Source: Patescibacteria group bacterium
GTDB taxonomy: Bacteria > Patescibacteriota > Patescibacteriia > JAHJFT01
Assembly: GCA_028710985.1 (NCBI GenBank)
Contig: JAQTTB010000001.1
Location: 587,014-651,013, forward strand
Reading direction: 5' to 3'
Length of the DNA stretch: 64,000 bases
Part shown: positions 55,851-64,000 of the stretch, in pieces
How the letters are laid out: each line of letters begins with the position of its first letter
Position numbering within the stretch: the first letter of the stretch is position 1
The notes under the pieces: generated by a model
Databases searched by the model: none
Told to the model about the DNA's origin: nothing
The model's input: only the letters and a program-made list of their open reading frames with translations
Position numbers and translations under genes: made by a program

Positions 55851-56147
55851 ATGAAAAAGACTTTATACAAAATCGGCGGCATCGTTGCTCTCGTGATTCT
55901 CGGAGGGATTATTTATTTTGGATTTTTCGCCGCGCCGGCAGTTGAATCGCCTTCAGTCGAAATCGGGGCTTCGCAGATTGGCATTAAAATTCCGGCCTTG
56001 AATATGGCGCCTCTTTCGGAAAAGGATTTTTCATCGTTAAAAATATTCAAATCATTGCCCCTGGCCGTCGGGACGGCGGGCAATGTTTTCCCGTTTCAGG
56101 AAATTATTTTAATCGCGGCAAGTGAAACCGCGGCAATCGTGCAATAA
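55851..56147 (+). CDS. small membrane-anchored protein (PilP-like?)
   Basis: Position and TM only. Confidence 0.35.
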   Translation: MKKTLYKIGGIVALVILGGIIYFGFFAAPAVESPSVEIGASQIGIKIPALNMAPLSEKDFSSLKIFKSLPLAVGTAGNVFPFQEIILIAASETAAIVQ

Positions 56148-56151
56148 AAAT

Positions 56152-57888
56152 ATGCCATTTGGAAAAATAAACACAAAGATAATCGATGAACTTATCGCCA
56201 AGGGCAAACTTGATGCTAAGCAGCAGAAAGCGGCGCTCGCCGAGCTTGAGGCCGGACGCAGTCCGGAGGAGGTTTTGGTTAAAGGTGGATTAATTAAAGA
56301 GGATGACCTGACTCGGGCGCGGGCCGTTGCCTATAATATCCCATTCAAGGACTTGGCCGGGACGGTGATTTCAAATGAGGTTATAAATCTTCTGCCGAGG
56401 GAGAAATCAGAGCAGTACAACATGATTGCTTTTGCCCGCGATGCCGGGGGAATTAGCATCGGCTTGGTTGACCCGCGCGATTATCAGTCCATGGAAGCGG
56501 TTGAGTTTTATGCCGAAGAGAATGGTTTAAAAGTAAAATTTTTTATTGTATCCCCGACTGCATTCCGCAAGGCAATGCGCCAATTCCAGATACTAGGCAA
56601 GGAAGTGGAAATGGAGCTCGAATCAGCCAAGGAGAAATTTGCACCCAAAGAAGAAAAATTGCCCGAGGAAGACATTGAGAAGGTGCTTACCGGCGCGCCG
56701 GTTGCGCGCATTGTTTCTACGATCATGCGCCACGCGGTTGAATCCGGCGCATCGGATATTCACATTGAACCGACCGACGGGCCGAGCCGCGTGCGCTACA
56801 GAATTGACGGCGTATTGCGTACCGCTTTGCGCCTGCCGAAGTATATCCATTCGGCAATTATGTCGCGCATCAAGGTTATGGCCAACCTTAAGATTGATGA
56901 AACTCGCATTCCGCAGGACGGCCGCATCACCGATATAATCGGCGGTAAAAAAATTGATTTTCGCATTTCAACATTCCCGTGTTCGGATAATGAAAAAGTC
57001 GCCATGAGAATTTTGGACACTTCAGCCGGCGCGCCGACCTTGGCGGGTTTGGGTTTTAGTCCGAGAAATGTTGAACTCATTGAAAAAGAAATCAAATCGC
57101 CGCATGGCATGTTTCTCATCACCGGTCCGACCGGTTCGGGCAAATCAACCACGCTTTATGCCGTTCTCAATATGGTGAAAGGGGAGAATACCAACGTCGT
57201 GACGCTCGAGGATCCGGTTGAATATTTCATGGAAAGCGTCAACCAGTCGCAGATTCGTCCGGAAATTGGTTATACGTTCGCGAGCGGCCTTCGCGCGATT
57301 CTGCGCCAGGACCCGAATATCATTATGGTCGGCGAAATCCGCGACCGCGAGACCGCCGAGCTCGGCGTGCATGCCGCGCTCACCGGCCACTTGCTTTTTT
57401 CAACTATTCATACGAATGACGCGCTCGGCGCCGTGCCGCGCCTCATTGATATGGGCGTAGAGCCTTTCTTGCTCGCGTCAACTCTGAACGTGGTCATTGC
57501 CCAGCGCCTCGCGCGCCGCATCTGCGATAACTGCAAGGAGGTCGTTGCTCTGCCCAAGGATGTTGAAGACGAAATGCGCGAGGAGCTCGCCGGCATTCCC
57601 AATGAAGTCTTGCCCAAGGGCGTCAAGCTGAATGGCAGCGTTTCTGCTTATCGCGGCAAGGGCTGCCCGCGCTGCAACGGAACCGGATATTCCGGCCGCA
57701 TCTCGGTTGCCGAAATTATGAGAGTAACCAAAGAAATGGAGCAAATTATTGAGGAGGGTTTTCCGAGCGAAAAGGCCGAAGCAGAAATTAAAAATCAAAA
57801 AATGATTCGTTTGCGCCAGGACGGTTTTCTCAAGGTATTGCTCGGGCTTACTACCGTCGAAGAGGTTATGCGCATCAGCCAGGAGTAA
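56152..57888 (+). CDS. pilB: type IV pilus assembly ATPase PilB/GspE
   Basis: Walker A LITGPTGSGKSTT, Asp/His boxes, C-terminal CxxC...CxxC tetracysteine. Confidence 0.9.
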   Translation: MPFGKINTKIIDELIAKGKLDAKQQKAALAELEAGRSPEEVLVKGGLIKEDDLTRARAVAYNIPFKDLAGTVISNEVINLLPREKSEQYNMIAFARDAGGISIGLVDPRDYQSMEAVEFYAEENGLKVKFFIVSPTAFRKAMRQFQILGKEVEMELESAKEKFAPKEEKLPEEDIEKVLTGAPVARIVSTIMRHAVESGASDIHIEPTDGPSRVRYRIDGVLRTALRLPKYIHSAIMSRIKVMANLKIDETRIPQDGRITDIIGGKKIDFRISTFPCSDNEKVAMRILDTSAGAPTLAGLGFSPRNVELIEKEIKSPHGMFLITGPTGSGKSTTLYAVLNMVKGENTNVVTLEDPVEYFMESVNQSQIRPEIGYTFASGLRAILRQDPNIIMVGEIRDRETAELGVHAALTGHLLFSTIHTNDALGAVPRLIDMGVEPFLLASTLNVVIAQRLARRICDNCKEVVALPKDVEDEMREELAGIPNEVLPKGVKLNGSVSAYRGKGCPRCNGTGYSGRISVAEIMRVTKEMEQIIEEGFPSEKAEAEIKNQKMIRLRQDGFLKVLLGLTTVEEVMRISQE

Positions 57889-57890
57889 AT

Positions 57891-59006
57891 ATGTCCCAGC
57901 CGGAAAATATTGAAAAGAGTTTTGCGGAACAGGATCTGGGAAAGCTTGCCAGAAAAGGTTTGCGTTTGCTTTCTCGCGTCAGTACTCGCGATCGGGTGGT
58001 TTTTTCGCGCCAGCTCTCGGTAATGATTTCCGCGAACGTGCCGTTGCTTCGCGCCCTGCGCTCCATGGTCCAACAGACCGAAAATCCGGCTCTCAAAGAT
58101 ATCGTAGAAAATCTTGCCGACGAAATTGAAGGCGGCGCCAAACTTTCGGATGCCATGGCGCTCCACTCGGATGCTTTTTCCGAGTTCTACATCAGTATGG
58201 TGCGCTCCGGTGAAACCACCGGCCGTATCGACCAGACCCTGAATTACTTAGCGGATGAGCAGGAAAAGGATTACGAGCTCATGAGCAAGATCCGCGGTTC
58301 CATGATTTATCCGGCGTTTATCATCTGCGGCCTTTTGGCGGTTGGCGTCCTGATGATGGTGTTCGTGATTCCCAAGCTGACGGATATTCTTCAGGAATCG
58401 GGGGCGACCCTGCCATGGACCACGCGCGCTCTCATCTTTACGAGCGGATTCATGACCGGATACTGGTGGCTCATTTTAATCGCGTTCGTGCTCGCGGTTG
58501 TCGGTCTCCGCGTCGTTTTGCAGATTCCGGCCGGTCGCCTGATTTGGGACAGTCTCAAGATTCATCTGCCGCTCTTTGGTAAAATATTCCGCAAGATTTA
58601 TATCGTCCGGCTGACGCGCACGCTTTCCACTCTGATTACCGGCGGGGTTGATATTGTGAGCGGGCTCACGGTTGTCTCCAATGTCGTGGGCAACGCGGTT
58701 TACAAAAAAATGATCGTGGAAACTATCAGCGAAGTTGAAGACGGCAACTCCATTACCACGGTTTTTCGCGAGTCCAAGCTTATTCCGCCCATGGTGGTGC
58801 AGATGATCGCGATCGGCGAGGAAACCGGGCAGATGGCTTTCGTGCTTGAGAAACTTACGGATTTCTTTTCGCGCGAAGTCCGTACCCTGGTGGAAAGCCT
58901 TGTGACCGTAATTGAGCCGGCAATCATGATTGTCATGGGCGTCGCTGTGGGCATCATGGTTTCCGCTGTTCTTATGCCCATGTACAATCTGGCTTCTGAA
59001 TATTAA
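57891..59006 (+). CDS. pilC: type IV pilus platform protein PilC/GspF
   Basis: Two GspF domains, three TM helices. Confidence 0.85.
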   Translation: MSQPENIEKSFAEQDLGKLARKGLRLLSRVSTRDRVVFSRQLSVMISANVPLLRALRSMVQQTENPALKDIVENLADEIEGGAKLSDAMALHSDAFSEFYISMVRSGETTGRIDQTLNYLADEQEKDYELMSKIRGSMIYPAFIICGLLAVGVLMMVFVIPKLTDILQESGATLPWTTRALIFTSGFMTGYWWLILIAFVLAVVGLRVVLQIPAGRLIWDSLKIHLPLFGKIFRKIYIVRLTRTLSTLITGGVDIVSGLTVVSNVVGNAVYKKMIVETISEVEDGNSITTVFRESKLIPPMVVQMIAIGEETGQMAFVLEKLTDFFSREVRTLVESLVTVIEPAIMIVMGVAVGIMVSAVLMPMYNLASEY

Positions 59007-59016
59007 AAATGATATA

Positions 59017-59068
59017 ATCGAGCTGTTGATCCATTCAACAGCTCGCCCTGAACGTAGTGAAGGGTCTA
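59017..59068 (+). promoter_or_regulatory. Motif D variant upstream of the major pilin (hairpin plus CCTGAACGTAGTGAAGGGTCT)
   Basis: gagctgttgatccattcaacagctc then gccctgaacgtagtgaagggtc. Confidence 0.5.
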
Positions 59069-59105
59069 AAAAATTAATTAATTAACTAATTACCTTATTG
59101 AACTT

Positions 59106-59543
59106 ATGAAGAACAAAAAAGGTTTTACCCTGATTGAGCTTCTGGTGGTAATCGCCATCATCGGCCTTCTCTCGACTTTGGCCGTGGTCGCGCTCCAGAG
59201 CGCTCGTCAGAAATCGCGCGATGCCAAGCGCGTATCGGATATCAAGCAGGTGCAAACCGCGCTTGATATGTATTTTTCGGATGGAAATAAATATCCGGAG
59301 CAAACCGCCACTTTGGGAGTGGCACCAGCCACGATACTCTGCAGTACAGGCGGATTCGTAGGCACTTGCGCAAGCCCGGCCACTAAATATATGGAGCGCG
59401 TTCCGGCCGATCCGAGCACGAATTCCTATATTTACACCGGTGCCGCGCTAGGCGCATCGTATGCTCTTACATTCACGCTTGAGGGCGCGACCGGCGGCCT
59501 GCCGGCCGGCGCACATACGGCGACCCCCGGCGGAATTCAGTAA
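59106..59543 (+). CDS. type IV pilin (prepilin N-terminal methylation domain)
   Basis: MKNKKGFTLIELLVVIAIIGLLSTLAVVAL. Confidence 0.8.
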   Translation: MKNKKGFTLIELLVVIAIIGLLSTLAVVALQSARQKSRDAKRVSDIKQVQTALDMYFSDGNKYPEQTATLGVAPATILCSTGGFVGTCASPATKYMERVPADPSTNSYIYTGAALGASYALTFTLEGATGGLPAGAHTATPGGIQ

Positions 59544-59568
59544 TTCGCAGTTAAATGCTTATCAAAAC

Positions 59569-59593
59569 ATCCCCCTTGATTGGGGGATTTTTG
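59569..59593 (+). terminator. rho-independent terminator after the pilin gene
   Basis: atcccccttgattgggggat + TTTTT. Confidence 0.6.
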
Positions 59594-59626
59594 ATTTACG
59601 GATAAGCAAAAAAATGGTAAAATGAG

Positions 59627-59690
59627 ACCGTTAAATTGATTTAACGGTCTCATCCTGAACGAAGTGAAGGATCTCTCAATGGTGTTTATG
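59627..59690 (+). promoter_or_regulatory. Motif D variant overlapping the pilD RBS/start
   Basis: gagaccgttaaattgatttaacggtctc then atcctgaacgaagtgaaggatctc. Confidence 0.5.
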
Positions 59691-60452
59691 GAAAACGGGA
59701 TAATTTACGCAATCGCCGTTATTTTGGGCTTAGTCGCCGGCAGTTTTATTAATGCCTTGGCATGGCGGCTCAAAACCGGCGAGTCGGTCCTGCGCGGACG
59801 TTCGCATTGCCCTCGGTGCCGCCACGGCCTCGCCTGGCGTGATTTGGTGCCACTCTTGTCGTTCATCGCGCTTTGCGGTCGCTGCCGTCATTGTAAAAAG
59901 TCCATTTCCTGGCAGTATCCGGCCGTGGAGGTCATTGCCGCTTTGCTCGCGGCCATCATTCTTTGGCACGGGCTTGCTTCGGGATATGAAATATTTGAAT
60001 TTTGCCGTGACTGGTTTTTCAGCGGTATTCTGCTCGTAATTTTTATTTATGATTTGCGATGGGGGATTATTTTGGATCAGGTTTCACTGCCCTCAATTAT
60101 TGCCGCGCTCTCAATTAATTTACTGCTCGGCGTATCCTGGTTCAGCCTGATCATCGCCGCCGCGCTCGGTGCGTCATTCTTTGGCCTGCAGTTTGCCATC
60201 TCTCGCGGCAAGTGGATTGGCGCCGGCGATATTCGCATGGGCGCGCTCATGGGCGCGATGCTTGGCTGGCCGTCAATTCTCGTTGGTTTGTTTCTCGCGT
60301 ATATTTTAGGTTCTGCCGTGGCCGTGCCTCTTCTGATTTCTAAAACCAAAAAAATGAAATCCACCATTCCGCTTGGTCCGTTTCTGGCAGTCGGCACGTT
60401 CGTGGCCATGCTTTGGGGCCAGCAGATAATCAATTGGTATCTGGGATTATGA
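59679..60452 (+). CDS. pilD: prepilin peptidase (A24 family)
   Basis: N-terminal Cys tetrad (CPRCRH...CGRCRHC) and A24 TM core. Confidence 0.85.
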   Translation: MVFMENGIIYAIAVILGLVAGSFINALAWRLKTGESVLRGRSHCPRCRHGLAWRDLVPLLSFIALCGRCRHCKKSISWQYPAVEVIAALLAAIILWHGLASGYEIFEFCRDWFFSGILLVIFIYDLRWGIILDQVSLPSIIAALSINLLLGVSWFSLIIAAALGASFFGLQFAISRGKWIGAGDIRMGALMGAMLGWPSILVGLFLAYILGSAVAVPLLISKTKKMKSTIPLGPFLAVGTFVAMLWGQQIINWYLGL

Positions 60453-61057
60453 TATACAAAAACGGCTTTTCTCTTATCGAGGTGCTTGTATCCATCTCCA
60501 TCTTTGCGCTGATTACCACCTCCCTGGTCGCAAATTTTCGCGGCGGGGAGACCAAGAACCAGCTTAATCTTGCGGCGTCAAACACCGTAGCCGAACTGCG
60601 CAAGGCGCAGAGCATGACCCAGGCCGGACAGCCGACCCGGGTTTGCCTTAGCGGCGATCAAATTATCGGAAATTGCGAGGCCAATCCTTCCTGCGCCGGC
60701 ACCTGCGTTGAAAATGTTCCGGTCGGCGGTTGGGGACTGGTTTTTACGAGCGGCAGCGACAAGATGAAGCTGTTTGCAAACAGCGAGCTTGCGGTTGCGT
60801 TTGATGAATCGGAAGAACAAGTGAGTGAATTACCGGTTTCTCCGACCGGCCGCGTTAAAATTTCCGGCATTACGACCGATACCGGACCCGTCAATACCCT
60901 GGTCGTGTATTTTAGACCGCCTGTGGATCGCATTGTTTTTGCCGGCGATGTCGCATTGAATCCAACCAACGCAACCATCGTGCTGGAACACATGACAAGT
61001 GGCGCGACCCGGATAATTAAAATAAATAATATTTCAGGAAGAATTGATGTTGAATGA
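60449..61057 (+). CDS. minor pilin / pseudopilin
   Basis: GFSLIEVLVSISIFALITT. Confidence 0.6.
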   Translation: MIYKNGFSLIEVLVSISIFALITTSLVANFRGGETKNQLNLAASNTVAELRKAQSMTQAGQPTRVCLSGDQIIGNCEANPSCAGTCVENVPVGGWGLVFTSGSDKMKLFANSELAVAFDESEEQVSELPVSPTGRVKISGITTDTGPVNTLVVYFRPPVDRIVFAGDVALNPTNATIVLEHMTSGATRIIKINNISGRIDVE

Positions 61058-61655
61058 TAATCAAAAGGGGCAGGGCCTCATTGAAATGCTTATCGCCATC
61101 GCGATTATTCTAACCGCAATCGTCGGCGGTCTTTCGCTTATGATCTCAAGCTATAATGCTGAGCAGGAAAGCGCCCGTCGCACCGTCGCGGCGAATCTTG
61201 GCCGCGAAGCCATCGAAATCTGCCGCGGTCTGCGCGACAGCGCGTGGATAAACCGCGCGGCTTTTGAGAGCTGGTTCACGAACGCGGATTTGGATTACTC
61301 ATTCGCGCCGTCATTTGATGAAGCGCAGATGAAATGGACGCTCAGCTCCGTGCCGGACGCAATTTCCGATGCCGCCGCGGGCGTTTATCAATATAAAACC
61401 GGTTCGCTTGCCGGCATGATGAATAATTTTGAGGCGCATGACGCCGCGACCACGCTGTTTCGCCGCATTATTTTCATGAATCCAATCTGCTGGAATTCGG
61501 TTACCCAAACCGAATCCACAGTGGAGGACGGAAGCCGTTGCACGCCGCTTGAAACCGTGGGCGTCAAAATCCGGGCGCGCGTTGAATGGTCGGAGCGCGG
61601 ACGCACCCACGGCGTCAATGTAGAGGACCAACTTTATAATTGGAGATGGCGATGA
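61044..61655 (+). CDS. minor pilin / pseudopilin
   Basis: GQGLIEMLIAIAIILTAIVGG. Confidence 0.6.
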   Translation: MMLNDNQKGQGLIEMLIAIAIILTAIVGGLSLMISSYNAEQESARRTVAANLGREAIEICRGLRDSAWINRAAFESWFTNADLDYSFAPSFDEAQMKWTLSSVPDAISDAAAGVYQYKTGSLAGMMNNFEAHDAATTLFRRIIFMNPICWNSVTQTESTVEDGSRCTPLETVGVKIRARVEWSERGRTHGVNVEDQLYNWRWR

Positions 61656-62251
61656 AGAATAAAAATAACAAAGGATTTACGCTCATGGAGATGCTGGTCG
61701 TTCTGGCCGTATTTTCTACTTTTGTAATAATGGCAACGGATTTGTTCTTGACCGTGAACCGCGTGCAAAGGGAAACCCAGGTGTCCGAGCGAGTTTTGAG
61801 TGAAAACCGTTCCATTTTGGAGACCATTGCCCAGGAAGTGCGGCAGAGCAGGGTTGATTACAAAGCCTATGGCGATCCGGCAAATCCGGCTGACGCGATT
61901 GTGAGTCCGGTTGGCGAGCTAAAATTACTTTCTGCGGCCGCGGAAAAAGTATTAATCAAAAAAGATTCTACGTTCTGCCCGTCCGCCCTGAGCACGCCCT
62001 GTGTGGTCGTGAGCCGCGATAACGGCGTGAGCTGGGCTTCAATGACGCCAAAGGGCATCCGCGTGATTGATATGAAATTTATCGTGAGTCCGGCGCTGGA
62101 TCCGTTTTATTTCAACGGCACTGATTATCTTTCGTCCGAGCAGCCGCTTGTTACCGTAATTTTAAATCTTGAAAGCACGGACGAGATGGGCAAAAAACAC
62201 GCCCAAGTCAGCAATCAAACCAGCATTGCCGTGCGCGCTTATGAAAGATAA
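61652..62251 (+). CDS. minor pilin / pseudopilin
   Basis: KGFTLMEMLVVLAVFSTFVIMAT. Confidence 0.6.
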   Translation: MKNKNNKGFTLMEMLVVLAVFSTFVIMATDLFLTVNRVQRETQVSERVLSENRSILETIAQEVRQSRVDYKAYGDPANPADAIVSPVGELKLLSAAAEKVLIKKDSTFCPSALSTPCVVVSRDNGVSWASMTPKGIRVIDMKFIVSPALDPFYFNGTDYLSSEQPLVTVILNLESTDEMGKKHAQVSNQTSIAVRAYER

Positions 62252-63044
62252 AAATATCAAAATTAAAAAAAATGAACAGGGAACGGTTTTGCTCCTCGCG
62301 CTTTTGCTCATGGCGTCGGTTGTTGTTGCCGGAGTCGGCATGGGACAAATTATTATGTCGCAAATCCAGCAGGCGATTCTAACCGATGATTCAATCACCG
62401 CGTTCTACGCCGCCGAGGCCGGGCTGGAAAGTTCTCTCTTCAAATTGCGCGCCCTGGATATGTCCGCGGGTTCGCTGCCCGTCGCCGGAACGCTTGATAA
62501 CGGCGCGACCTGGAGCATTACGACCCAGAGTTCGCGGGCGGATGTTACGGTAAGTCTCGCGGACAATCAAACCTACCAGCTGGATCTTTTTAATCCCGAT
62601 AATCTTGCTGAAGCGCCGGGCATTGAGTCATTGCGGTTTACCTGGACCGGCGCCGGCCAGCTTGAAATGGCGTACATCAGCTGGTTTCCGTCCGCCGCAA
62701 TTAATACCGCCGTCTGGCCGCAACAGGAATATCAGGTCGTGACGCCGCCCTTGTCGCTCGTTGGCCCGGCGGTTATCCGCAATGAATTTTCGGCAAATCA
62801 GGCGTATCGCGTGCGCCTGCGCGCCGTGAACGGGGCGCTCTCCAGCCTCAATATCACCGGCTGGAGCATGGACAATGCCGTGGCCGGAAGCCAAATTGCT
62901 ATGCCGTCGCATATCTCCCTTTCTTCAACCGGCCGGTTTGCCCGCGCGCGGCAGGCGCTTTCGGCGAGCATCCCGCGTTTTGCCCAGCTCTCGGGCATCT
63001 TTGATTTTGTTTTGTTCAGCGAAGAAAAAATTTCCAAAGAATAA
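62241..63044 (+). CDS. PilX-like pilus-associated protein
   Basis: EQGTVLLLALLLMASVVVAGVGMGQ N-terminus typical of PilX. Confidence 0.5.
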   Translation: MKDKNIKIKKNEQGTVLLLALLLMASVVVAGVGMGQIIMSQIQQAILTDDSITAFYAAEAGLESSLFKLRALDMSAGSLPVAGTLDNGATWSITTQSSRADVTVSLADNQTYQLDLFNPDNLAEAPGIESLRFTWTGAGQLEMAYISWFPSAAINTAVWPQQEYQVVTPPLSLVGPAVIRNEFSANQAYRVRLRAVNGALSSLNITGWSMDNAVAGSQIAMPSHISLSSTGRFARARQALSASIPRFAQLSGIFDFVLFSEEKISKE

Positions 63045-63047
63045 TGT

Positions 63048-64000
63048 ATGGATAAAAATCAGGCAAAAATTAGGATAAAAAAATTACGCGATGAAATCAA
63101 TCGCCATCGCTATCTTTATCATGTTCTGGACAAGATTGAGATTTCCGACGCCGCGCTCGATTCCTTGAAGCACGAGCTCTGGAAGCTGGAGCAGGAATTT
63201 CCGTATCTCATTACCCCGGATTCGCCGACCCAGCGCGTCGGCGGCGTGCCGCTCAAAGAATTCACGCAAGTCCGCCACGGCTCGCCCATGCTTTCCATTG
63301 AAGATATTTTTGAATATTCCGAGCTCGAAGCGTGGCTCGAGCGCTGCCGCAAGATTCTAGCGCGCGAGGATTTTGATTTTTACACCGAAATAAAAATGGA
63401 CGGTCTGGCCTTGAGCCTCATTTACCGCGACGGCGCCCTTGTGACCGGCGCGACGCGCGGCGACGGCCGGACCGGAGAAGATGTCACGCAAAATGTAAAA
63501 ACCATTGAAGCTATTCCGCTCCGCCTGCGCGAGCCGAGCCCGGCCGAGATCAAGAATTTTGGCTCTGACAAATTTAAAAAATTTGTTGAATCCGGTTTCC
63601 GCGGCGATTTTGAAATCCGCGGCGAGGCATTCATGACCAAGACGGTTTTTGAAAAATTGAACCAGGAACAGAAAAAGAATGGCCTGCCCGAATTTGCAAA
63701 TCCGCGCAATGTTTCCGCCGGCAGCATCCGCCAGCTTGATTCCAAGATTACCGCGTCGCGGCATCTTGATTTTTTTGGCTACGATGTCATCACCGATCTC
63801 GGCCTGGAATCTCACGAGCAGGTTCACGATCTGATGAAGCTTTTGGGAATCAAGATTAATCCCGAGAGCCGCCACTGCCGGAATATTAAAGAGGTCCATG
63901 AGTATCATGAAAAAATTCGTAAAATCCGGCCGCGGCTCAATTATTGGACTGACGGCATCGTGGTAATCGTAAATTTCGTCCCGGCGTTTAAAAAACTCGG
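63048..64000 (+). CDS. ligA: NAD-dependent DNA ligase LigA, 5' partial (continues past window end)
   Basis: Adenylation-domain motifs KMDGLALSL (KxDG) and EIRGE; no stop before position 64000. Confidence 0.85.
   Translation, partial: MDKNQAKIRIKKLRDEINRHRYLYHVLDKIEISDAALDSLKHELWKLEQEFPYLITPDSPTQRVGGVPLKEFTQVRHGSPMLSIEDIFEYSELEAWLERCRKILAREDFDFYTEIKMDGLALSLIYRDGALVTGATRGDGRTGEDVTQNVKTIEAIPLRLREPSPAEIKNFGSDKFKKFVESGFRGDFEIRGEAFMTKTVFEKLNQEQKKNGLPEFANPRNVSAGSIRQLDSKITASRHLDFFGYDVITDLGLESHEQVHDLMKLLGIKINPESRHCRNIKEVHEYHEKIRKIRPRLNYWTDGIVVIVNFVPAFKKL

Overview
This is a mid-GC (~50-55%) bacterial segment with a compact, CPR/Patescibacteria-like gene repertoire. Housekeeping genes span holB, frr, glyQS, a peptidase M16, tpiA, rpmG, cysS, dnaX, era, murJ, lepA, recJ, rnhA and the ligA start. 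An SOS module (lexA, small ORF, dinB) lies on the minus strand. A sigma-70 factor and an ECF sigma with a FecR-like anti-sigma are present, plus a P-type ATPase, a Kef-type antiporter and a TraG/VirD4-like ATPase. A complete type IV pilus/competence cluster sits at 51.2-63.0 kb (Cys-rich secreted protein, pilM-N-O, pilB, pilC, pilin, pilD, three minor pilins, a PilX-like protein). Several features are not explained by ordinary annotation. (1) The tRNA cluster at 8.0-9.1 kb (tRNA-Thr, tRNA-Tyr, tRNA-Thr, rpmG, tRNA-Trp) carries intact tRNAs alongside partial tRNA copies interrupted by GC-rich palindromic insertions. One tRNA-Thr(UGU) is split in its anticodon loop by a 109-nt insert that itself encodes a second complete tRNA-Thr(UGU). 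(2) A tRNA-Gln pseudogene with four palindromic insertions lies immediately upstream of a GIY-YIG nuclease gene, an intact tRNA-Gln and a truncated IS200-like Y1 transposase whose RLPxYDY and HxH motifs are those of REP-associated tyrosine transposases (RAYTs). Small insertions of this kind are likely REP-like hairpins. (3) Six isolated GC-richer ORFan genes, each with its own promoter candidate (textbook for 13745, 16488 and 46991; weaker for the rest), AGGAGG ribosome-binding site and terminator, lie at 128-658, 13745-14713, 16488-16733 and in a lepA-recJ island at 45.2-48.4 kb. That island also holds an AT-rich HExxH gene, a frameshifted DUF559 gene and a promoter-to-terminator non-coding stretch of about 300 nt. 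This island is my best candidate for an undescribed system, but I recognise no function for any of its genes. (4) Three interspersed repeat families and a recurring hairpin-plus-box motif lie upstream of pilin, pilD, recJ and a secreted-protein gene. I found no CRISPR array, no rRNA and no recognisable retron or DGR. All calls come from reading the sequence and remembered family motifs; no searches were run.
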